A stretch of DNA of 52,208 nt, from assembly GCA_032117045.1 (NCBI GenBank), contig JAUMAF010000120.1:1-52208 (forward strand), read 5' to 3'. The notes below the pieces were generated by a model that was not told the DNA's origin, made no database searches, and saw nothing but the letters and a program-made list of their open reading frames with translations. The DNA is from Pirellulales bacterium. GTDB lineage: Bacteria > Planctomycetota > Planctomycetia > Pirellulales > UBA1268. Every line of letters starts with the position of its first letter. The first letter of the stretch is position 1. The position numbers and the translations under genes were made by a program. Below, piece by piece: positions 1 to 8,698 of the stretch.

Positions 1-359
<359 letters not shown>

Positions 360-649
360 AAAGAGAGGTCGGCCCAGTCAGCGGGCGGTCCACGGGCCGG
401 GTGACCTGCCCCCTTAACTCGTCGGCCGTAATTGCTTGCCGGCGTGCGCTTTATGGCGAGTTAGGACGAGAGTGAATGCCCTTGGGGCACCTTAACGTTA
501 ACTCTGGCCGGCTGTCTCGCGAGAATCTTCACGGCCACGAATCAATGATTGGGCCGTAATCTCGTCAGGTTCCCGAGGCGTGTTTGCCTCGCCTTGGTTG
601 ATCGCCCTACAGTTCTGCCGTTACCCCCCCGATTCTTAGGAGATCAACC

Positions 650-1087
650 ATGTTGGCAACCGAAACGTCCCCTGACATCATCGAAACAGCCGTGAAAGCG
701 GGCGGATTCAAGACCCTCGCGACTGCCCTTGGAGCCGCTGACCTCGTCGACACGCTCAAGGGAGTCGGCCCGTTCACAGTCTTCGCACCGACCGATGCGG
801 CATTCGAAAAACTGCCTGCGGGAACATGCGAAACCCTGCTAAAGCCGGAAAACAAGGACAAGCTCAAGGCCATCCTCCTGCTTCACGTCGTGCCCGGCTG
901 CGTCATGGCGGCGGACGTTGTGAAACTCAAGGAAGCCAAGACCGCCGGCGGATGTACCGTGAAGATCTCTACGGATGGTGGGGTGAAGGTGGGCACTGCC
1001 AAGGGCATGTCCAACGTCACCAAGACCGACATCAAGACCAGCAATGGCGTCATCCACGTGATCGACGCCGTGATCCTGCCTGAGTGA
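650..1087 (+). CDS. Fasciclin (FAS1) domain protein
   Basis: [23 protein letters not shown] and [13 protein letters not shown] are hallmark FAS1 motifs. AGGAG lies upstream of the ATG. Confidence 0.85.
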   Translation: MLATETSPDIIETAVKAGGFKTLATALGAADLVDTLKGVGPFTVFAPTDAAFEKLPAGTCETLLKPENKDKLKAILLLHVVPGCVMAADVVKLKEAKTAGGCTVKISTDGGVKVGTAKGMSNVTKTDIKTSNGVIHVIDAVILPE

Positions 1088-1117
1088 TCTGCAGGTTTCC
1101 CAGACTCCTTGCTTTGG

Positions 1118-1153
1118 CACCCCGTGCGTTTCGCCGTGCGGGGTGTCTTTTTT
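1118..1153 (+). terminator. Rho-independent terminator after the fasciclin gene
   Basis: 11-bp stem CACCCCGTGCG / CGTGCGGGGTG (two G-U pairs), 6-nt loop, then TCTTTTTT, 31 nt after the stop codon. Confidence 0.6.
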
Positions 1154-1615
1154 ATGCGCTGATGCTGAGCCCGCCTTCTTTCATTGGAGGACAGCCCGGG
1201 GACAAAGATATCAATGGCCAAATCCAACCCACCCGCACCGCCCCCTTCCATCCCCACACTCACCTCCCACCCGCACAGCTCGTTGGGGTACCGACCCCCG
1301 GCCCCGGAGTCGCGTCGCCCCTGTCCGCTCGGTTCGGTTACGCCTCACCAAACGGACAGGGGCGATCCCTTGGCAGGTCTACCCTGGAGATAGAAACTGG
1401 CTCCATTGATGGGGGCAAGTCAGACGTCGTCACCGGTGAGGGGAAGGCGGCGGCTCAAACCCTGCCCGGTGCCGCTCCGGCGAGTGTGCACATTTGTGTG
1501 CAGTCAAAAGCCGCCGCCACCAGCAGTGACTCGCACGAATCACGACAACGCGGCCGAAAGCACGTGATCGTGCGAAATGATGCGAATCGCTGCGGTCCGA
1601 AAGAAACTGCAATAG

Positions 1616-1689
1616 TGGGCGGCGAGGGACTCGAACCCCCAACCCCCTCGGTGTAAACGAGGTGCTCTGACCAATTGAGCTAGCCGCCC
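1616..1689 (-). tRNA. tRNA-Val (anticodon UAC)
   Basis: The reverse complement folds by hand into a 74-nt cloverleaf. Acceptor GGGCGGC/GCCGCCC, D arm GCUC/GAGC, anticodon arm CCUCG-UUUACAC-CGAGG, 5-nt variable loop, T arm GGGGG-UUCGAGU-CCCUC, discriminator A. CCA is not encoded. Confidence 0.9.
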
Positions 1690-1849
1690 GATTCCAAGCC
1701 ATCCCCGGCCTTGTGCCGCTTGGCCGGCGGAGGGCAACGCCAAGGGGTGCCTCCGCCAGCGGCATCGCATCCAGAGACGCTGGGCAGGAGTCTATCCGAT
1801 CGCAGCCCCGGGACGACGAACAATTCGCCTGTCCAGGCCCGATGCCGTG

Positions 1850-1952
1850 AGGCGCACCCGGCCCGAGCCCGGACCCAAGCACGGCAGCCCGCGGCCTCAC
1901 GGCCGGTCGGCATTCAGGGGTCGGCACTCAGCGCGGAACTGCCCACGCCCCG
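1850..1952 (-). repeat. Degenerate, inverted member of the REP/composite element family, arranged right-arm IR, REP hairpin, left-arm remnant
   Basis: 1887..1911 is the exact reverse complement of the REP core GCCGACCGGCCGTGAGGCCGCGGGC. 1925..1952 matches the reverse complement of IR-right plus the TCGCTGA linker of the composite elements. It lies between tRNA-Val and the aspS stop. Confidence 0.5.
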
Positions 1953-1974
1953 AGCCAACCGAAGGCGTCGCGCG

Positions 1975-3828
1975 TCAGACCGGCTTCGGTGGGACAACGG
2001 TGCGGATGCCGAGTTCGACGAGCTGCTTCGTCTCCACCGACGAGGGAGCGCCCGTCATCAGATCGCTCGCCTTTTGCGTCTTCGGAAAGGCGATCACGTC
2101 GCGGATGCTGTCGAGCTTGCCGAAGAGCATCACCCAGCGGTCGATGCCCAGGGCGATGCCGCCGTGGGGCGGGGCACCGCTCCGCAGGGCGTCGAGCAGG
2201 AATCCGAACCGCTCGCGGGCAACCTCCGGCGTGATTCCCAGCAGCTTGAAGACCTTCTCCTGCGTGGCCCCGTCGTGGATTCGGATCGTGCCACCGCCGG
2301 CTTCCGAGCCGTTGATCACGAGATCGTAGGCCACGGCACGACAGGCCGCGGGGTCCGACTCGAGGATCTCGATGTCGGTCGGCCGTGGCGCCGTGAACGG
2401 ATGATGCATCGACGCCCAGCCGCCGCTCTCCGTGTCGGGGGCAAACATCGGGAAGTCGACGACCCACGAGAAGTGCATCGCATCGGCGGCGTAGAGGCCA
2501 AGCGACGCGCCCAGCCGCTTCCGCAGCATGTGGAGCGACTTGCACGTGACGTCGAAGGAATCGGCCACGATGAGCGCGAGGTCGCCCGCCTCGCAGCCGA
2601 GTTTGTTCTTGAGGGCATCGCCCACGCCGGTGAGATTTTTGGCTACGGGGCCCGACCATGACCCATCGGCCTCGACCTTGAGCCAGACGAGCCCCTTGGC
2701 GCCGCCGTCAACCGCCACGGCCGTGAGCTCGTCGAGATCCTTGCGGGAAAACTTCGCCGCCGCCCCGGGCACGCGGATGCCGCGGATCCGGCCCCCGCTC
2801 TCGACAGCGCCGCGGAAGACGCGGAAGTCGCTCTCGCCCGCGATGGCGGTGAGATCGACGATCTCGAGCCCGAACCGCAGATCGGGGGCGTCGTGGCCAA
2901 ACCGCTCCATGCACTCGTCCCACGTGAGCCGCGGCAGCGGCAGGGGCACATCGAGACCGAGGATCTCGCGGGCGGTCCGCTTGACGAGCCCCTCGATCAC
3001 GCCGATCACGTCGTCGGCCTCGACGAACGACATCTCGACGTCGAGCTGCGTGAACTCGGGCTGCCGGTCGGCGCGAAGATCCTCGTCGCGGAAGCACTTC
3101 GCAACCTGCACGTAGCGGTCGAAGCCCGCCATCATCAAGAGCTGTTTGTAGAGCTGTGGTGACTGCGGCAGCGCGAAGAATGCGCCGTGATCGAGCCGGC
3201 TCGGCACGAGGTAGTCGCGGGCCCCTTCGGGGGTGCTGCGGCCGAGCATCGGCGTCTCGACGTCGATGAAGCCGAGTTCGTCGAAGTGATCGCGCATGAT
3301 CTTCACGATCCGGCTCCGCAGAAACATGTTGTCCTGCATGGCGGGCCGGCGGAGATCGAGCCAGCGATGCTTGAGCCGGACTTCTTCGCCGGGGAGCTCC
3401 GAGGCCCCCGGCTGGAAGACCGGCGTCTCGGCCTCGTTGAGCACCTCGAGTTCACGGCACACGACTTCGATCTCGCCGGTGGCGAGCTTGGGATTGGTAG
3501 TGCCGGTGGGCCGGCCACCCACGCTGCCGCACGCCCGGATCACCCACTCGGGCCGCACGGCCCGTGCCGCGGCGATGACCGTCGGCGGGCTGTCGGGGCC
3601 GACCACGACCTGGGTGCGTCCCCAGCGATCGCGGAGATCGATGAAGATCACTCCCTTGTGGTCGCGAACACGATCGACCCAGCCGCAGAGGCTGGCCTCC
3701 GTGCCGAGGTGGCTGGAGCGAAGTTCACCGCAGGTGTGGGTTCGAAGCACGGGAAGCACCTTTCCGCGAAGCCCGGTCCCGCCGGCTCCCGCGGGCGGCC
3801 CAGGGCCTCGAGCACTGGGAGCGAGCAC
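1975..3828 (-). CDS. aspS: Aspartyl-tRNA synthetase
   Basis: LRTHTCGELR N-terminus, FRDEDLRADRQPEFTQLD (class II motif 2 region), GGIALGIDR. The true start may be the GTG at 3750 (MLRTHTCGEL, GGAAAGG upstream). Confidence 0.93.
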   Translation of the reverse strand: MLAPSARGPGPPAGAGGTGLRGKVLPVLRTHTCGELRSSHLGTEASLCGWVDRVRDHKGVIFIDLRDRWGRTQVVVGPDSPPTVIAAARAVRPEWVIRACGSVGGRPTGTTNPKLATGEIEVVCRELEVLNEAETPVFQPGASELPGEEVRLKHRWLDLRRPAMQDNMFLRSRIVKIMRDHFDELGFIDVETPMLGRSTPEGARDYLVPSRLDHGAFFALPQSPQLYKQLLMMAGFDRYVQVAKCFRDEDLRADRQPEFTQLDVEMSFVEADDVIGVIEGLVKRTAREILGLDVPLPLPRLTWDECMERFGHDAPDLRFGLEIVDLTAIAGESDFRVFRGAVESGGRIRGIRVPGAAAKFSRKDLDELTAVAVDGGAKGLVWLKVEADGSWSGPVAKNLTGVGDALKNKLGCEAGDLALIVADSFDVTCKSLHMLRKRLGASLGLYAADAMHFSWVVDFPMFAPDTESGGWASMHHPFTAPRPTDIEILESDPAACRAVAYDLVINGSEAGGGTIRIHDGATQEKVFKLLGITPEVARERFGFLLDALRSGAPPHGGIALGIDRWVMLFGKLDSIRDVIAFPKTQKASDLMTGAPSSVETKQLVELGIRTVVPPKPV

Positions 3829-4031
3829 TAGGAATCGGATGAAAACGCCGAAACGATGAGGAGCGAGATGGTGAGCAAGATCGCGATCACCAACAGCGGA
3901 ATCGCCCCCCAGTAGACGAGAAGCGGGGCGGACGTGCCGAGCGATCCGCCGGCAAACAGCGCCGTCATCGACAGGATCACGAACAGAAGGGCCGTGGCAA
4001 GCGACGACCAGGCGAGCACTTTGGGGAGCAT
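3828..4031 (-). CDS. Small hydrophobic protein with two predicted TM helices
   Basis: 67-aa ORF, strongly hydrophobic, wedged between the dcd stop (4041) and the aspS ORF start. No recognisable family. Confidence 0.4.
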   Translation of the reverse strand: MLPKVLAWSSLATALLFVILSMTALFAGGSLGTSAPLLVYWGAIPLLVIAILLTISLLIVSAFSSDS

Positions 4032-4040
4032 GAGCGGAAT

Positions 4041-4655
4041 CTACCTTGCCACCCGCGGGGCTGCCAGCGCTGCCGCCCGCGCCGCCACGGCATCGCCGCC
4101 GAACTCGAGTTCCATCTGCTGGGCATCGTCGCCCTCATGGGCCAGCTCGCGAAACAGCATGCTCGGCTGGATGTCACGGTTGTGCTGGTATTTCTCGCTG
4201 GAATACTCGGTGATGTCGCCGTGGATCTGGTGGAAGAAGATCTGGCAGATCGGCACGCCCGGGTAGATTTTCACCGGCTGCACCGCAAACATCTCCAGCG
4301 TCCAGTAGCCGCAGAAGCCAACGTCGCCGAAGCCCGCCGTGACGTGCACGAACAGCCCGAGGCGGCCGATGGAGCTGCGACCCTCGATCATCGGCACGAG
4401 GTTGTGCGTCTCGGTCCGCTCGACGGTGCGGCCGAGGTAGAGTTGGTTGGGCGTGAGCACGAGGCCCTCCGCCGGGATCGAGATCCGCTCCACGCGGTTG
4501 CTCTTCCGCATGTCGAGCACGACCTCCTCGTAGACGAGCAGTTCGTCATGCAGCGACAGGTTGTAGCTGTTGGGATTCAGCCGGTTCTCATCGAACGGCT
4601 CGATGAGAATGTTGCAGCCGATCTGCTGCCGGATCTCGTTGCCGGAAAGGATCAT
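4041..4655 (-). CDS. dcd: dCTP deaminase
   Basis: MILSGNEIRQQI...IEPFDENRLNPNSYNLSL and GFGDVGFCGYWTLE are typical of Dcd. It has a short C-terminal extension. Confidence 0.9.
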   Translation of the reverse strand: MILSGNEIRQQIGCNILIEPFDENRLNPNSYNLSLHDELLVYEEVVLDMRKSNRVERISIPAEGLVLTPNQLYLGRTVERTETHNLVPMIEGRSSIGRLGLFVHVTAGFGDVGFCGYWTLEMFAVQPVKIYPGVPICQIFFHQIHGDITEYSSEKYQHNRDIQPSMLFRELAHEGDDAQQMELEFGGDAVAARAAALAAPRVAR

Positions 4656-4774
4656 GAATGGCTCCCGTACGGTGGCGGAGGAGAGGCGGCACGATCCGGA
4701 CGAATGACGCGGGAGGAGAGTCTATGCCGAAGCCCGTCCTCCTGCCCATGGGGCGGCATGATCGGACGGGGAAG

Positions 4775-5506
4775 TCACCGCCCCGGCTTCGGTCGGGGAG
4801 CCTTCAGGCCCACCCGCGGGCAGAGATCGGCGAGCGGACATTCCTCGCAGCGTGCCGTGCGGGCGGTGCAGATCGTGCGGCCGTGCTCGATGAGGGTATG
4901 GCTGAACGCGATCCAGTGGCGCTCGGGCACGACGCGGACGAGATCCCGCTCGGCACGAACCGCGTCGGCGTGCCTGGTGAGGCCGAGCCGTCGCGTAATT
5001 CGCCCCACATGGGTGTCGACCACGACGCCCGAGGCGATCCCAAACGCCGATCCCATTACCACGTTGGCCGTCTTGCGGCCCACCCCCGGCAGCCGCACGA
5101 GTTCCTCGAGTGTCCGCGGCACTTCGCCGGCATGGCGGGCGACGAGGGCCTGACAGCAGCCCAGAATGCTCTTGGCCTTGGCACGGAAGAATCCCGTGCT
5201 CCGAATCACCGATTCCAGGTCCTGGGGGCGGGCCTCGGCGAGCGAGCCCGCATCAGGCCAGCGGGCAAAGAGGCCGGGCGTCACGGCGTTGACGCGTTTG
5301 TCGGTGCATTGGGCCGAGAGAATCGTCGCCACCAGCAACTGAAAGGGTGAGTCGAAGTCGAGCGAGCAGGCGGCCTGCGGATAGGCTCCGGCCAGCCGCT
5401 CGGCGATGGCGGCAGCACGCTCCCGGCGGGCCAGGACGGTTTCTCGGCCGCGGCCGGCACCGGTCGGCCTTGACTGACCCGTCCGGTCCGGGGTGCTACG
5501 ATTCAT
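4775..5506 (-). CDS. nth: Endonuclease III
   Basis: LLVATILSAQCTDKRVN, HhH-GPD segment LPGVGRKTANVV, C-terminal 4Fe-4S cluster CX6CX2CX5C. Confidence 0.9.
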   Translation of the reverse strand: MNRSTPDRTGQSRPTGAGRGRETVLARRERAAAIAERLAGAYPQAACSLDFDSPFQLLVATILSAQCTDKRVNAVTPGLFARWPDAGSLAEARPQDLESVIRSTGFFRAKAKSILGCCQALVARHAGEVPRTLEELVRLPGVGRKTANVVMGSAFGIASGVVVDTHVGRITRRLGLTRHADAVRAERDLVRVVPERHWIAFSHTLIEHGRTICTARTARCEECPLADLCPRVGLKAPRPKPGR

Positions 5507-5573
5507 GAAGTTTCCCGTCTGGGCGGCTCGCGGACGGACTGCGGGGAAACAACCCAGAGGAGGCGGGCTGCGG

Positions 5574-5978
5574 ATGACGACGGATGCCGACGACTACGAG
5601 CCCCTGTACCTCGCGGGCATCGAGAAGTTCAACGAGTGCGATTATTACGAAAGCCACGAGATTTGGGAGGAACTCTGGACGGAATACCGCGGCGCATCGC
5701 GGAAGTTCTACCAGGGGCTGATCCAGGCGGCCGTGGCGCTCTACCATTTTGGAAATGGCAACATCCGCGGCGCCCGAAAACTGCATGGCAGCGTGCATGG
5801 CTACCTCGAGGCCTACGCCCCACATCATCTGGGGCTTGATGTGAACGCATTTCTGAAGGACTTCGACACCTGCCTGGCCGACGTCGCCGCGAGCACCGAG
5901 GCTTTTCCCGAGATTCAACTCGACCCCGACCTGCTTCCCGAGATTCACCTCGATCCGCCCCCCGCTTCGCCAGTCTGA
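5574..5978 (+). CDS. DUF309-family protein
   Basis: G(I)EKFNECDYYESHEIWEELW...YQGLIQAAVALYHFGNGN matches the DUF309 signature. The ATG at 5574 is preceded by AGAGGAGG. The longer ORF from 5493 overlaps the nth start. Confidence 0.75.
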   Translation: MTTDADDYEPLYLAGIEKFNECDYYESHEIWEELWTEYRGASRKFYQGLIQAAVALYHFGNGNIRGARKLHGSVHGYLEAYAPHHLGLDVNAFLKDFDTCLADVAASTEAFPEIQLDPDLLPEIHLDPPPASPV

Positions 5979-6026
5979 CCAGTCCTTTCAACCGCAACCC
6001 GCAGCCCGCCCTCCCGAGCGACCGCC

Positions 6027-6719
6027 ATGTCCGACGAGCCACTCGCCTTCTCCCCCGACCAGTTCTCGGGACGCGCGCGGCTCTTCCCGTTGCCGAACCT
6101 CGTGATGTTCCCGCATGTCATGCAGGCGCTGCACATCTTCGAGCCGCGGTATCGGGCGATGTTCGAGGAGGCGATCGAAGACGACCGGCTGATCGCGCTG
6201 GGGTCACTCGCCCCGGGATGGGAAGACAACTACGACGGCCGGCCGCCGCTGCGACCGCAGGCCTGCCTCTGCCGGATCGCCACCCACCAGCGGACCGATG
6301 AAGGCACCTACAACGTGCTCGTGCTCGGTGTGCGGAGGCTGCGACTGGATCGTGAGCTGCCCCCCAAGAAGCTGTTTCGCGTGGTCGAGTCGGCGATCAT
6401 GGACGATTTCGAGCCGGCCGAAGCGGCCCCCGGTGCGGCGGCGGGCCTGCAGCGGCAGTTGCTCGATGCGTTCAAGCGATCGATGCCCCAGGTGCCCAAC
6501 GCCTACGAGCAGCTCGACGAACTCCTGGGCAGCCAGATCACCCTGGGAATGCTCACCGACATCGTGGCCTACACCATCGACCTCGACTTCGACATGAAAC
6601 TCCGCCTGCTCGCCGAATGCGACATCTTCGAGCGGGCGCGGCTCCTCCTCGAAGCCGTCGCCTCACGGCCCCCCGTCGGGAGCGGCCGGACCTTCCCCCC
6701 CGATTTCAGCGTCAACTGA
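6027..6719 (+). CDS. LON N-terminal (substrate-binding) domain-only protein
   Basis: LFPLPNLVMFPHVMQALHIFEPRYRAMF is the canonical LON N-domain start. No AAA or protease domain follows. Confidence 0.8.
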   Translation: MSDEPLAFSPDQFSGRARLFPLPNLVMFPHVMQALHIFEPRYRAMFEEAIEDDRLIALGSLAPGWEDNYDGRPPLRPQACLCRIATHQRTDEGTYNVLVLGVRRLRLDRELPPKKLFRVVESAIMDDFEPAEAAPGAAAGLQRQLLDAFKRSMPQVPNAYEQLDELLGSQITLGMLTDIVAYTIDLDFDMKLRLLAECDIFERARLLLEAVASRPPVGSGRTFPPDFSVN

Positions 6720-6800
6720 GGATGGGCGCTTGGGCAAGCCCAACGCCGTGAGGCGTGGGACCGGGGCTGCGATGCGAAGCCTTCTTGCTACAGTGATGCC

Positions 6801-7385
6801 ATGAGTTCCCACCACCAGGTCGATCATGCCCGCATCGAGCGGGCCGTTCGCGAGATTCTCGCCGCCGTCGGGGAGGATCCCGATCGGGAGGGCCTCCTCG
6901 AGACGCCCGCCCGCGTGGCCCGGATGTATGCCGAGATGTTCAGCGGACTCGGGCAGGATCCCCGCATCCACCTCACGAAAGCCTTCAGCGAGAAGTATGA
7001 CGAGATCGTGCTCGTCCGCGACATCGCCTTCAACAGCGTCTGCGAGCACCATCTGCTGCCCTTCATGGGCCATGCCCACATCGGTTACATGCCCGACGGC
7101 CGTGTTCTGGGCCTCAGCAAACTGGCCCGGGTCGTCGAGGCCGTGTCACACCGGCCGCAGGTGCAGGAACGGATGACCGAGCAGATCGCCGATCTCCTCG
7201 AACACGACCTGGGCGCGAAGGGCGTGGCGGTCGTCGTGGAGGCGACCCACACCTGCATGACGATCCGCGGCGTGAGAAAGCCCGGCAGCGTCTGCGTGAC
7301 CTCGGCGATGAAGGGGGTGTTCCGCGCGAATGTCTCGAGTCGGGCCGAGGTAATGTCGCTCATCTACGGCAGCCGCAGGCAGTGA
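6801..7385 (+). CDS. folE: GTP cyclohydrolase I
   Basis: [10 protein letters not shown]..., [26 protein letters not shown]. Confidence 0.95.
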   Translation: MSSHHQVDHARIERAVREILAAVGEDPDREGLLETPARVARMYAEMFSGLGQDPRIHLTKAFSEKYDEIVLVRDIAFNSVCEHHLLPFMGHAHIGYMPDGRVLGLSKLARVVEAVSHRPQVQERMTEQIADLLEHDLGAKGVAVVVEATHTCMTIRGVRKPGSVCVTSAMKGVFRANVSSRAEVMSLIYGSRRQ

Positions 7386-7422
7386 CCGTGACGGTTCAGC
7401 ATACGGACGCGGAGGCCGGCGC

Positions 7423-8142
7423 ATGAGGCTGCTCGTCGACTTTCTCTGTCGATTCGGCTGGGGCATGTCGATCGCACTGGCCATCACGCCTGCGGCGCTC
7501 GTGCCTGCCGGATTCTTTCGGGTGAATCTGTTGGTGGTGCTGGGACTGGCGAGTGTGGCCGCCTTTCTCGCCTTTCGGGAGGTGCCAGGCCTCGCCTGGA
7601 TGCTGGCGGGAAGTGCCGCGGTGGTGTCGTGGATCGGGAGCATCGCCTGGTTTGCCGAACGCACACGACCAGGGATGACGCTCTGCCGCATCGCGGCGGT
7701 CTTGCTCGCGGCGGCCACCGTGCTCGTGCAGGATGGGCCGGGGGCCGTGGCGGCGGGCGAGGCACTCGTGTCGGGGCTCGTGGTCGGGCTGACCGTCCAC
7801 GCCATGCTGCTGGGCCACTGGTATCTCAATGCGCCGGGCATGAGCGTCGACGCCCTCAAGCGGATGATCGACTGGGCGTTGGCCGCCTGGGCCCTGCGAT
7901 TGGCCCTCGCCCTCGCAGCCGTGGCGTTCGAGCCGGCGGGCCTGCGGATGACAGGCGGCACGGCGTCGGCCCTGGTGTCGTTGCGGTGGCTGGCAGGGCT
8001 CGTGGGCCTGCCGGTGCTGCTGATCATGAGCCGGAAAACGCTCGACATTCCCAACACGCAGAGCGCGACGGGTATCCTGTATGTCGCTTGCTTGGCCGCG
8101 ATTCTCGGTGAACTCACGGCACAACTCCTCCGGGCCGTCTGA
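7423..8142 (+). CDS. Polytopic integral membrane protein, unknown function
   Basis: About 6-7 hydrophobic segments, GGAGG 8 nt upstream, LLGHWYLN motif. No family recognised. Confidence 0.6.
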   Translation: MRLLVDFLCRFGWGMSIALAITPAALVPAGFFRVNLLVVLGLASVAAFLAFREVPGLAWMLAGSAAVVSWIGSIAWFAERTRPGMTLCRIAAVLLAAATVLVQDGPGAVAAGEALVSGLVVGLTVHAMLLGHWYLNAPGMSVDALKRMIDWALAAWALRLALALAAVAFEPAGLRMTGGTASALVSLRWLAGLVGLPVLLIMSRKTLDIPNTQSATGILYVACLAAILGELTAQLLRAV

Positions 8143-8146
8143 ATCC

Positions 8147-8677
8147 ATGCGCATCACCTACGCCTGCCCGGCCTGCGAGGCCACCGTGGCGGCCGAAAAC
8201 GCCGAGTCTCGGACCACCCTTGTTTGTCCAAGGTGTGGTGGCGTGGTGGAGGTGCCCGCCGACGCCGTCGCCTGGACGGGCCCGGGAGGTGAGCCGGCCG
8301 CGGCAGGCTCAGGAACGGCCCGGCTGCGGCGGTGCATGGTCTGTCCGGGCACCGAACTCTTCTCGCGGAAGGACTTTCCGCAGCGGCTCGGCGTAGGCAT
8401 CGTGGTCGCTGGCCTTGCCGCAAGCTGCGTAACCTGGGCCTGGCGGCTGCTCGTGCCCACCTTCGCGATTCTCTTCGGAACCGCGCTCGTCGACGTCGTG
8501 CTGTACTTCATCATGCCCGAGTGCCTGACGTGCTATCGATGCAGCGCGCGGTATCGCGGTGCCGAGGGGGCGTTTGGAAGCTTCGATCTCGAGACCCACG
8601 AGAAGCACCGCCAGCAGCGGATTCGCCTCGGTCAGGCTGCCCCCTCAGGCGGTCCTCCCGCATCCCCGGTCGCCTGA
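8147..8677 (+). CDS. Zinc-ribbon membrane protein, unknown function
   Basis: CPAC...CPRC N-terminal ribbon, CMVCPG...CLTCYRC second Cys cluster flanking two TM helices. The ATG at 8147 is 5 nt after the upstream stop. The longer ORF from 8081 would overlap that gene. Confidence 0.6.
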   Translation: MRITYACPACEATVAAENAESRTTLVCPRCGGVVEVPADAVAWTGPGGEPAAAGSGTARLRRCMVCPGTELFSRKDFPQRLGVGIVVAGLAASCVTWAWRLLVPTFAILFGTALVDVVLYFIMPECLTCYRCSARYRGAEGAFGSFDLETHEKHRQQRIRLGQAAPSGGPPASPVA

Positions 8678-8698
8678 CCCCCGCCGGCGGAGTGCCGC

